A stretch of 64,000 bases of DNA. Source: Blastocladiella emersonii ATCC 22665 (Eukaryota > Fungi > Blastocladiomycota). Shown one piece after another: positions 12,756 to 23,800 of this stretch. Positions within the stretch are counted from its first letter, which is position 1. Each line of letters starts with the position of its first letter. Where the stretch lies: assembly GCA_025594325.1 (NCBI GenBank), contig JANHCV010000001.1, positions 1,798,001 to 1,862,000 on the forward strand, written 5' to 3'. The translations under genes and the position numbers were made by a program. The notes under the pieces are model-generated. The model made no database searches. It was not told the origin of the DNA and saw nothing but the letters and a program-made list of their open reading frames with translations.

Positions 12756-14562
12756 TCAGAGGTGCTTGATGACCGCGTCCGCGAGGAGGTCGCCGTAGTC
12801 GGCGCGGAGTGCCGCGTGGTCGACGGTGACCGCGGTCATGCCTGGTGCGGTGCTCAGGTCCGACGCCGCCATGGTCTTGTGGATCGATGCCAGCGCAGAC
12901 TAGACACGGATCGGAAGTGTGAGTGGGAGCGACGCGAAAGCTTCAAGCCAAACGAGCGTACCGCGTAAGCGTCGAGCAGCTTGCCCACCTCGAGCGGCGA
13001 CCCTGGACTGCCGCGCGCGTCCTTGGCCGGTGCACCGTTCGGGGCGCTGCTGCCGTCCTTGGTCGGGGGCGCCGCGCCGTCAACGTCCATGGCGTCCTCT
13101 TTGGCCTGCCCGTTGGCGGCCGCCGCGGGCTCAAACACGGTCGTGGCGTACTTTCGCGCGTTCGGGACGAGGCACACCTTGCCGACCTCGACGCCGAGCA
13201 TGGACAGGGCGACGACGGCGCCAAACTTGGTGGTGAGCGGCTTGGCGTCGTCGACGAGGGCGACGAGCAGAGTCTTGGTGACGCGCGGGAGGAGCGTCGG
13301 GTACTGGTCGGCGAAGCGGTTGAGGATCGACGCGAGGAGCGAGGCAGCGTGGCGGCGCAGCGTCCAGTGGTCGTCGACGGCCGGGTCGCTGCACAGCTGC
13401 TTGCCGACGATGGTGGTGAGGAGGATCGGGATGATTTGGTGGAGCTACACACGCGCGCCGTAGGAGCGTCAGTGTTGCGGGACTTCGATCAGTGCAGAAA
13501 CATGGCGTACGTAGGGCTCGAGGAAAAAGTTCTCGTTACTGAGCAGCTTCTCAAGGAACGAGACCGATAGCACGAGGACGCGCAGGTTCTTGAGGTTCTT
13601 GCTGACGCGGTCGTGCGCAAACTTGATAAAGTAGGGGAGCAGTGCCTGGAGCCCCGGGTCGGTCGCGATACTGGCAAGCGCAGCGTCGCGGATCTCGTTG
13701 CTCGAACCGACCACGGCCTCGGTGATCTTCTCGTAGTACTCCTGCAGCTCCTTGGACAGCACGTCCTTGACGAGCAGCTGGCCACTGGTCGAGATGGCGC
13801 CGGGCGCAGCGGCGGAAGCAGATCCGCTCGAGGGACCGAGCGTAACGTGGCCGGCCGCAGCGGAGCCACCATTCGAGTGACTGGCCGCCGCCGAACCCGG
13901 GATCGCGGTGGTAGGCGTCGTTGCGGACGGACCCTTGCGGTCGATGGCTAGACGCACGGTAACGGTCAAATCTGGTGCGGCGATGCGGTATTCAGCGACC
14001 GGCGTACAGTGTGGTGGTGGGTTCTGCGGGATCGCGGGCTGAACGCCGTCAATCGACAGCCAGTGCGCCGACAGGCTCACGTCGAGCGGGAGCTTGGGCA
14101 GCGGGGTGGCGAGCACCTTGTCAAAGTCGAGGTCCTCGTCGTCCATGTAGAATACGTTGGCGTCGGCGCGCTTGAACTTGACGGGCCGCGGCGCGAGGTA
14201 CCCGTACAGCGGCTAGGGCGATACGGGAGGCCGTGAGCACGGCGTCGCGTAGAACCCACGAGAGCGAACAGCGAACGCACCTCGACGTTCTTGACCTTGA
14301 GGGCCGAGTTGATGTCCTGGGTCGACAGGAACGAGCGCCGCGAGTGGCGCATGAACTTTTTGGACTCTTGGATGATCTCGCGGATGCGGTACTCCATGTC
14401 CTGGGTCAGCGCGTTCATCACGTCCTCGCTGAGGTTCTCGAGGCCCATGGACTCGCCCGTGTGCTATGGTGAGGCGTAGTGAGCGAGCGAGCTCGAGGGA
14501 CGGTGGTCGCGAGGACAGCCCTCCCCACTCACTTTGACAAACGTGTTGTTGAAGACGCTCAT
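12756..14562 (-). CDS. TAF6: TFIID/SAGA subunit TAF6
   Basis: Spliced N-terminus MSVFNNTFVK|HTGESMGLENL. Histone fold DMEYRIREIIQESKKFMRHSRR..LSTQDINSALK, then VE|PLYGY, AHWLSIDGVQPAIPQNP, LSKELQEYYEKIT and DPGLQALLPYF. Confidence 0.95.
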
Positions 14563-14955
14563 TGTAACTTCAAGTGCGTAGGGTCAAGTTGCATGGAGTG
14601 GTGGTGTATAATTCGCTGCGTTTGCGAGTCCAGAGGGAGAAGATCGACGCAAGGAAGCGAGCCGTCCGAGCGGCTGTTCACGGCACGATGGACTTGACCC
14701 GCCCATCACGCGTCGGCGCGTCGCGTCTCGCGTTCCGTGTCTCGCACCGGCAGTTTTCCGTCAGTCAGCTGCCTGTGGTGGCTGGCCGCAGTCCGTCAGT
14801 CGCGCGTTTGGCAGTGCATGCGCATTCGGCTTCCGCGCCGTGGGAGACGCGCGACTCGAGCGTATAAGATCCCCGCGCCCGCCGCCCACGTCGCAGCTCT
14901 CCTTGCGAAGCACCCCTCCACGCAGCACTTCACCCCTACCCTCAACGTAATCAAC

Positions 14956-16283
14956 ATGGGCAACCCGTCTCCCCAAGTCCGCAACCGCAAGGCCGGCGAC
15001 GCGCCCGCCGCGTCGAGCGCCAAGCAGGCCGGTGCCGGTGCCGGTGCCGCCAAGAGCAAGGCGTCCGCCGCCAAGGGCAAGCAGAACGCGGCGCAGGACC
15101 GCAGCTTCGTCAAGGACGCGGCCAAGTACTCGCTGCTCGCCGTGCTCCTGCTCGCCGTCATGGTCCTCGGGCCCGAGCGCGGCGGCCAGCTGCTCAACTT
15201 CTCGCCCAGCGGCGCACGCGTCGGACGCGATGTCGACCGCCGCGCGCCCGTTGCTGGTACGCTACCTCGAGTCCTCGTGTGTGACCTGATGGCTGACTGA
15301 GATCTCTCCGTGTAGCCCCGTCGTCGCTCGCCAAGTCGTGCACGGGCGCCAACGCCAACGCCAAGGTCGTGAGTGTGACCTTCTCGGACGGTCCCGGCCT
15401 GCAGCTCGGGTCGTTCCTCGACGGCCTCAAGGCCGCCAGCGCGCAGGCCACGTTCCACTTTGTGCCCAAGGTCGCCAAGCAGTTCAACGAGGGTCCCGGC
15501 CTCGTTGCGCGCACCGCGACCGAGGGCCACGCCGTCGGCCTGCGCTTTGACCCGAGCGTCGACCCGACGTCGCTGACCGACGCGGCGCTGGCCAAGGCGC
15601 TCGCCGACCAGTCCGAGGAGCTCAAGGCGCTGACGGGCAAGTACCCGGCGTTTGTGCGGTACAACTACGAGCAGGTCGACGACCGCGTGCTGTCCGTGAC
15701 CAAGGCCATGGGCATGACGGCGACCAGCTTCAACCTCGACGTCATGGACTACAAGTACGACACCAACAACCCGCCGGGCGCCGCGATCCACGCCGCGTAC
15801 TACTCTGCGTTCGACGCGACGCCCAACACGTCGTTCATCTCGGTGCACTCGGACCTCAACAACGTTACGGCCTCGCTCACCCAGGACCTGTTCATGAACG
15901 TGGTCGCGCGCGGTTACCAGATCATCCCGCTCACGACGTGCGTTGGCGTCGAGAAGGCCTACCGCGGTACGTGCTCATTCTGTACTTCCTCCCTCTTGCA
16001 CCACTATGCTGACTTCCCTCTCTATCGCCGTCTAGACTCGAACACGATCCCGGCCAGCCTGACCGGCACCTCGACCTCCTCGTCGGGCTCGTCTGGCTCG
16101 TCCACCTCGGGCTCGTCGAACGGCATTAAGACCACGTCGTCGTCGGGCTCGGCCGCCACTAACTCGGCGCAGCAGAGCAACAACAACAACGGCGCCAAGA
16201 GCGCCGCCGGCTCGCTCAAGGCCACGGTCGCTGCCCCCGCGGCCGCGGTGCTCGCCGTCCTCGCGGCCATGCTCCTCGCTTAA
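14956..16283 (+). CDS. NodB/CE4 polysaccharide-deacetylase-like protein, catalytically degenerate, with N-terminal TM helix and C-terminal GPI-like signal
   Basis: VSVTFSDGP (motif 1 variant), ATFHF, EGHAVG, ELKALTGKYPAFVR, FNLDVMDY, FISVHSD, RGYQIIPLTTCV. Ser/Thr-rich stalk and hydrophobic C-terminus. Introns at about 15257-15315 and 15967-16035. Confidence 0.8.
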
Positions 16284-16494
16284 CCGCTCGCTCTCCCCCA
16301 TACCCGTTCGGATCGCGTCGATGAACCGATCCATGAATACAAAACTCCGTCTTCTACTGAACTAGCCGCCTCACTCCCGCGAAGCTACGGCCGAGACGCG
16401 ACGAGTTTCTTGAGCATGATCATGAGTCTATTCCATCGAGCGGAACTCACCGATGGTCCGTTCGTACACACAAGGATAACTCGGCAGTCAGGGA

Positions 16495-17814
16495 TCAGAA
16501 AGTGCTTCGTGAGCGGCTGCGACGGCCCCGCGTTCCAAGCGCGTCTCGCCAAGTGGTACGCCGGCGCTTGAGCGGCGGCGAATATTCCGTGCGCGTAACC
16601 GTTGAGGCGGCCTCGGTCACTACGCGGTCGTTGCTCGGCTTTGGCCGTGTGATCTCGGTCACCTCGAGAATGTCGGGCGACGACTCGCGGCTGCGGTCCG
16701 CATCAGGCTCGTCGGCGGCGCGTCGCTTGTGCCCGTTGTTCGAGGCGCGCGGCGTGGGCTCGACGTCGGTGCGGCGCTCGGTGATGGTGCGCGCGGTGGA
16801 AGAAGCGGTTGCGCTCGCGCTCGCGTCCGCGACAGCGCGCGGAGGGGATCGCTCGTGAGGTCGGCGCGGCCCCGCAGAAGCGGTTGACGTGGTCCCGGAG
16901 GAGGAGTCGCGCGAGCGCGCGAGCCCCGTAGGAGGTGGTGGCGGGCGTGGCGACGGTGTACGGCGTCGAGTTGGCGCGGAAGCAGCATGCTGGAGGTGCG
17001 AGGACGGGGTGCGAGCGTGACGAGTTTCTGCAGCTCGGGCTGCTACCTGCCGGTACTGGCGAGGGTATCGCTGCTTCACGTCGTCCCTACAGATCGGACT
17101 AGAGGTTAATCGTCGGGTGGAACCGGGTGACGGTACAACGCACAATGTGATGGTGCGGAACCTGTTGAACCGGCTGCGGAGCCGAGGAACGAGGTGCTCG
17201 CTCCAGGCGTTGAGGATGAGCTTGATGGAACGCCGCTCGGTATTGAGCGCGTCTACCATGGTGAGCCGCCCTCGTTAATCATGTGGTGACGTGACGACTG
17301 CAAAGGAGACGCCATCGAACCTGGATCATAGTGCGTCGTCATCGCTCCCGAAGCCGCCAGGATCGAGCGGCAACCAACCGGCGGCACGATGACGATGAAG
17401 TAGCCTTGCTCGTACACCTGCCGTCCGCGCGGAAGTCGAGCGTGAGCATTTGGCGTTGCTCGAGGAACAAGCAAGGACTTCGTCTACCTCCACGGTTGAC
17501 TCAAGCGGAATGTGCCAGGAATGGGGTCCACTCCGCAAGGCGAGCGAAGTGGAGGCCGCTGTCTCGGCTGCGACAAAGGCCATGGTGTGCCTGTCCGCAG
17601 GGGATGCGGCAAAGTAACCCGCCCACCAGTGTCCAACACGAAACGAGCAGATAGAAGGTGGTACGGGCTTACTAGCGGAGTCGCCGGACAGTTCATCAAA
17701 GCGCGGCTTCTGCGCCGTTCGAGACTGAGCAGAACTTGACGACGCCGCCGTCAGGCCGCTCGCGTTGCCGGATCCATGGTCAAGGACGGCGTTGCCGCTA
17801 GTGTTCACATTCAT
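16495..17814 (-). CDS. Three-exon orphan protein (about 393 aa) with basic, disordered C-terminus
   Basis: Exons 17814-17488 (327 nt, cccaccATG), 17417-17321 (97 nt) and 17252-16495 (758 nt). The GT-AG introns (70 and 68 nt) have GCTCAC branch sites and all phases join in frame. NLS-like PPLKRRR. Confidence 0.5.
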
Positions 17815-19007
17815 GGTGGGCCAGTAGCTGCATCCTGCACAGGTCGTTGGGACCGGCAGCGAGCCGCGACACTTCGCGGCCGTGCGAATGTGGCTGAGCG
17901 CCACCACATGACGGACGCGACGAGGAATCCTTCCCTCCGCGCCTGCGACCAGGAAGAGCTCCTGCCGCGGCGCTCTTCGAACCGATTCCCCATCCTCTGG
18001 GTGCCGTGTGTCGTTCCTGGTCCGAATCCCAAGGGTGACTGACTCTCGTTCTCCGACCTCGGGACTCGCGTCGGGCATGAAAAATGGAGTCAAGCATGAC
18101 GCGCGGTGACGTGGCGCGACGCGTGGGCGCCGGTCCTGTAGCATCATGCGGGTTCGCCCCGCAGTGTGCGCCCGAATCCTGCAACTCAAACTCTGCGGCC
18201 AGCGTGGGAAAGTCGCTCGTCTCGACGGCCCCCGCCGCCGAGTTGCGAGTGGTGCGGCCCGGGGCCGAGGAGGTGACGCCGTCCGTGGCCACAAAACGGG
18301 GCTGGCGGCCACGGCCAAGAGCGGCGACGCGTCGGGCGCGCGCGAGTTGATGGCCATGGCCACGGTGGCAAAAGAACGTGTTCTCGCCGAAACGCGGCGC
18401 GTGAGCAGGGCAAGAGGACCCGAATCGCCGGGCCGCCGATCCCTGCCCATCCGCGGGCCATCTGCACGTGAGGAGGGTGCATGATGCGCGGCTCAGCTGA
18501 CGCGATTGTTAATTTCTCGCGTCGGGGCCACTCGGGAGTGCGCCCGCTGACCCACCAAGCCAGGCGACGACCACCGAGTCCGCACGACCGGGGTCGTCCG
18601 CGACGTCGGGTGGGTCCCCAAAGCTGGGCGCTCGGTGGGCGGGGCGCATCGCGGCCATCGCTGTGCATCGCGGCCATCGTGAGGACCGGCGCGCTCGCGA
18701 CGACGACGCCGTACTGCGCGGCGGGGAGGCAATACGCTGACGGCGAGGGCGAATCGATGGCGGGTGTGGCGCAATCGAGCGCGCCGTTCACGACGGGGAT
18801 TTGTGGCGAGCGGTGGCGGAAGCCGAGGCGATGCTTGGCCACCACCCGTGCTTGTTCGCACTCCGACCTGGATCCCGGCGGTCTCCGCCTATATAGTCCG
18901 CCGGTCCCCCCTCCTCTCCCTCGGCCTGCGCTCCCAGCTGCTGGCCGCTCGCTCGCAGGCACCCCCATCCCCACTAGAAGCAACGCATCGACAACCCACA
19001 AGCCAAG

Positions 19008-19688
19008 ATGACCAACAACACGACGGTGCCGTCCATGCTTAGCGTGCCCGCGGGCGCGACGGACCTCGGGATGGTGCTGGAGGCGAACCGGCAGTGGTCG
19101 GCCGAGGTGCACGCGCTGGACGCGGGCTTCTTCGAGGAGCTCGAGGGCGGGCAGCAGCCCAAGATCATGTGGATTGGGTGCTCGGACTCGCGGGTGCCGC
19201 CGAATCAGATCTGCAAGCTGGCGCCGGGCGAGCTGTTTGTGCACCGCAACATTGCCAACGTGGTGCCCAACGCCGATCTCAACCTGCTGTCGATCCTGCA
19301 GTACGCGGTCGAGGTGCTCAAGGTCGAGCACGTCGTGGTGTGCGGCCACTACGGGTGCGGCGGCGTCAACGCGGCGCTCGGCGACAAGTCGTACGGCCTG
19401 ATCGACGCGTGGCTGCAGAACATCCGCAGCGTCGCGCACACGCACCGCAAGCGGCTCGGGGCCATTGGCGACGCCAAGGAGCGCAGCAACCTCATGGTCG
19501 AGCTCAACGTGGCCAACTCGGTGTTCAACGTGGCGCACACCAACATTGTGCAGGCGGCGTGGAAGCGCGGCCAGAAGCTCGCGGTCCACGGGTGGGTGTA
19601 CCGGCTGCAGGACGGGCGGCTCGAGGACCTCGGCATCGTGGTCGACGGCGCCGACAAGATCGACCCCGAGTTCCAGCTCATCAACTGA
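19008..19688 (+). CDS. NCE103: Beta-class carbonic anhydrase (Nce103/Can-like)
   Basis: Zn-ligand motifs WIGCSDSRV and VCGHYGCGGV, plus FVHRNIAN and ELNV. Confidence 0.95.
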   Translation: MTNNTTVPSMLSVPAGATDLGMVLEANRQWSAEVHALDAGFFEELEGGQQPKIMWIGCSDSRVPPNQICKLAPGELFVHRNIANVVPNADLNLLSILQYAVEVLKVEHVVVCGHYGCGGVNAALGDKSYGLIDAWLQNIRSVAHTHRKRLGAIGDAKERSNLMVELNVANSVFNVAHTNIVQAAWKRGQKLAVHGWVYRLQDGRLEDLGIVVDGADKIDPEFQLIN

Positions 19689-19852
19689 GGCGCTGGGGCA
19701 GGAACGGCGCGTGTCGTGCGCCATTTGCTGTTGGTCACACGATGTACCATACATAAATCACTCCAGTTGTTGCGAAACCCACGGCGTGTGCGAGAGCGAG
19801 TGTGAGAGAGAAACGAGGTCTATATACACGTCAGCAGCGGTCGGTCGTCGGC

Positions 19853-20276
19853 CTACTTGCCGCCGCGCTTCTTCTTCTTGCCGCCCTTGCCGCCCTTGGC
19901 CGCGCCGCCTTCTCCTCCCGCGGCCGCGGCCGACGCGGCGGGTGCGGGGGCGGCGCGCGGCTGGCGGTTCTGCATCTTCTCGACCATGGCGCGGGTGAAG
20001 GTGAGGACCTTGCGCAGGTCGTCGGCGTGGTGGGCGTGCCAGTGCACGGTGCGCGCGTCGTTGGTGACTTTGATGCGGATCTCCTTTGCGGCGGGGCGCA
20101 CGGCGAGGCTGCAGCGGGTCTACGTGGGGGCCGGCGGGCCGTGGTCAGGCACTCTGCGCGGATCATAGCAGCAGCAGCGGTAGCGGCGCGCCTACCGTCG
20201 GGATGGTCTCGGCGCTGCCCTGCACGAGCAGCGTGGCCTTTGCGGCAAAGTCGTCGTATTGCCGGAAGTGTGGCAT
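19853..20276 (-). CDS. SRP9: Signal recognition particle Alu-domain subunit SRP9/Srp21
   Basis: Spliced MPHFRQYDDFAAKATLLVQGSAETIPT|TRCSLAVRPAAKEIRIKVTNDARTVHWHAHHADDLRKV follows the SRP9 pattern. Lys-rich tail GGKKKKRGGK. Confidence 0.75.
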
Positions 20277-20859
20277 GGTTGATGCGTTGCGTTTACGTTG
20301 CGTCGAGTGCGGGTGGTACGTGGCAACAGCAGCGGGGATCAGCGCGAGGAAGAGGAACTCGAGAGACAGCGCGAGCGAGCGGCGACGCCCTCGCGTGGCT
20401 GGCACGTGACGCATTTTCGGCACGTCGCCGCGGTGGCGCCCCCGCTCGCCGCCGCCGCCGACGCCCACCCGCCGCGCGCGTCCTTGGTCGCTCCCCCTCC
20501 CCGACCCTCCGCGCAGACCAGGCCTCGACCTCGCCCGCTACGCATCGACCACCGACCCGCACGGACACGCGCACCCCCGCGAGCTGCTGCCTGCGCGTCC
20601 CGACCCCGACCCCCTCGCGCTGTGCTGCCGGCCCCCTCTGCCCTCGTTTTTGACGCGATACACACGCCGCGAGCGGGCCTCCATGCACACCCGCCCCTAG
20701 CGACCCCGACCCACTCTCCCCTTTTGACCGATCTGCACGCATCCCACGGCACGACCACCGAGGTGCGCGTCGATGCGCCGACCGACCGCGTCGCTACAGA
20801 TATCCCTGACCGGCATCGTACTCGCTCCACACAACTAGTTTAAAACCGCACCGCCCAAC

Positions 20860-23800
20860 ATGACCCGCAAGTCGCTCAACCGGACAGCGACCCTGGCGTG
20901 GTCGCCCGCCCTGCCCAACCAGGCCCACTTCCCGCAGTACATTGCCACGGGCAGCGTCGCCGGCGCCCTCGACGCCAACTTCTCGAGCCAGTCGGAGCTC
21001 GAGCTGTTCGAGGTCCCCTTCGACACGGCCTCGGGCGAGCTGCGCCGCGTCGCCGGCGTCGCCTCGGCCGCGCGCTTCAACCGCCTCGCCTGGTCCGGCT
21101 TCACCACCCCCGCCACGCCCTCGGGCATCCTCGCCGCCGGCCTCGAGAACGGCGAGCTCGCCCTCTACAACCCGCACGCCCTGCTGCACCCGGCCACCCT
21201 CGACGACGGCGTGACCCCCGCCGACCCCGTCCTGTTCCGCAGCGCCTCGCACACGGCCGCCGTCCGCGGCCTCGACTTCAACCCGGTCCAGACCACCCTG
21301 CTCGGCACCGGCGCCGGCGAGGGCGAGATCCTCATCTGGGACCTCAACAACCCGACCACCCCGTACTCGCCCGGCGCCACCAAGACCCCGCGCCTCGTTG
21401 GCTCCGAGATCACGGCCCTCGCCTGGAACCGCTGCGTCCCGCACATCCTCGCCACCTCCTCGTCCAACGGCGTCACCGTCGTCTGGGACCTCAAGAACCG
21501 CCGCGAGGTCTTCTCGCTCGCCGCGCCCTCCACGTCGCAGGCCGGCGCCGGCGGCATGTGGGGTGGCCCTTCCGCGGGCGCCGGCGCCGGCGGCATGGGC
21601 AGCACCGGCTCGCGCCGTCAGGGCGTCGTGGTCGCGTGGCACCCGGACGTGCCCACCCAGTTCGTCACGGCCCTCGAGGACGACGCCAACCCCACCGTCT
21701 ACGTGTGGGACCTGCGCAACGCCCACGCCCCGCTGCGCGTGCTCTCGGGCCACGCCAAGGGCATCATGAGCGTCGCCTGGTGCCCCAAGGACAGCGACCT
21801 GCTCCTGTCGTGCGGCAAGGACAACCGCACGCTCGCGTGGAACCCGTCGTCGGGCGAGATGCTCGGCGAGCTGCCGCACGCCGACAACTGGTGCTTTGAC
21901 GTGCAGTGGTGCGCCCGCAACCCCGACTGGCTCAGCGTCGCGTCCTTCGACGGGTCCATCACCGTCCAGAGCCTGCTCCCCTCGGACCCCGTCGCCCCGG
22001 CCTCGCCCACCGCCACCAGCAACGACCCGTTCGCCAACATCGCCCCCGCCCAGCCCACCCACTCGGCCATCGCCCTCAAGCAGCCGCCCAAGTGGCTCCG
22101 CCGCCCTTGCTCGGTCGCCTTCGCCTGGGGCAACCGCCTCGTCCACGTCAGCTCCGGCAATAACCCCAAGACGGTCCGCGTCCACTCGCCCGCCTCGGCC
22201 GGCGCTCTCAACGACGCCGCCAAGGCCGCCTCGGAGCTCCAGGACGCGGTCCGCAACGGCACCCTCGCCGAGCTGCCGCGCGCCCGCGTCGCCGCGACCA
22301 CGCCCGAGACCCCCGCCGCCGAGCGCACCACCTGGCTCGTCCTGCAGTCGCTGTTCGACGCCGAAGGCGGCCGCAAGGCCCTCGTTGCGCACCTCGACGC
22401 CGCCATGACCGCCGCCGGCCTGCCCACGTCGTCGCCGACTACGCTCGCCACTCCCTCGTCCGCGAGCGCGCCCGCCGACGACGGCCCGCTCGTGCACGCC
22501 GTGGTCCACGGCAACTACGCGGCGGCCGTCGACGACGCGCTCGCGCAGGGCCGGTTCGCCGACGCGCTCGTCCTCGCGGCGTGCGGCGGCCACGAGCTGT
22601 TCGTGCACACGCGCGACGTGTACCTCGCCGGCTACGCGTCGCCGCTGCGCTCCCTCGTCGGCCAGATCACGGCCGAGAACTGGGAGGCCGTGGTTGCCGA
22701 CCGCTCGCTCGACTGGCGCCAGGCGCTCGTCGCCCTCCTGACCTACGTGCACGGCGACGACCTCACGGCGCGCGCCGGCGAGCTCGGCGACCAGCTCCCC
22801 GAGACCGACATGGACGGCAAGGTCATGTGCTACCTCCTCGCCGGCCGCGTCGACCGCCTCGTCGAGATCTGGACCCGCAACCTCACGGACGCGCACCTCA
22901 TGAGCCCCGTCCAGCAGGCGCCGCTCGGCGCGTGGGGCGCCAAGAACGCCGACCGCGCCGCTAACCTGCACCGCGTCGTCGAGCACGCGACCGTCCTCAT
23001 GCACGCCGTCAACGCGCCCAAGTCGGTTTCTGGGGAAGGCGAGGACGGCGCGCTCCCCGCCGCGCTCCGCCGCACCTTTGCCGAGTACGCGTCGACCATG
23101 GCCGCCGCCGGCGCCCTCCGCGTCGCCTGGGAGTACCTCGCCCAGGTCCCCGCCGACGCGCACGCGTCGATCCCGGAGCTCAAGGACCGCGTGTTCCGCG
23201 GCCTCGCCAAGACCGACGTCCCCGCCGGCGCCGTCGCGCCCGCCGCGCCGTACGAGCCCGTCCAGGTCGCCTCGTCAATCGTGCCCATCGCCCCCGCCCC
23301 CGCCCCCGTCGCGGCCGCCCCCGCCGCCAGCGCGCCCTACAACCAGTCGTCGTACGGCCAGCCCCTGCAGCAGACGCCGGGCCCGTACGGCCAGCCCCTG
23401 CAGCAGACGCCGGGCCCGTACGGCCAGCCGCAGGGCTACTCGGGCTACGCGCAGAACAACCCGTACGCGACCAACACGGCGTCGCCGGCCATGCCGCCCA
23501 AGCCGTACAACCCGTACGCACCCGCGCCCTCGGCGGGCGGCCCGCAGCAGCAGCAGCACAACCTGTACGCGCCGCCCGCGCCCGCCATGGGCACGCAGGC
23601 GCCGTACAACCCGTACGCCCCGCCCACGGCCACGAATGCGGGGCCCTCGGCGCCGCCGACCGCTGGGCAGTCGTTTGTCCCGCCCGCGCCCTCGGCGTTC
23701 GCCCCGGCGCCCAGCTCGTTCCAGTTCGCGCCGCCCGTGCCCAACAATAACGCGGGTGGCCCGCTTAACACCATGGGCGGGATGGGCTCGGCGCTCCCGC

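Noticed and set aside
20794-23163. Long antisense or alternate-frame ORFs (e.g. 20794-23163, 46758-49154, 9970-11793, 31840-33315)
   Set aside because: Shadow ORFs expected from high GC3 codon bias. They mirror clearly identifiable genes and have Arg/Gly/Ala-rich, non-domain composition.
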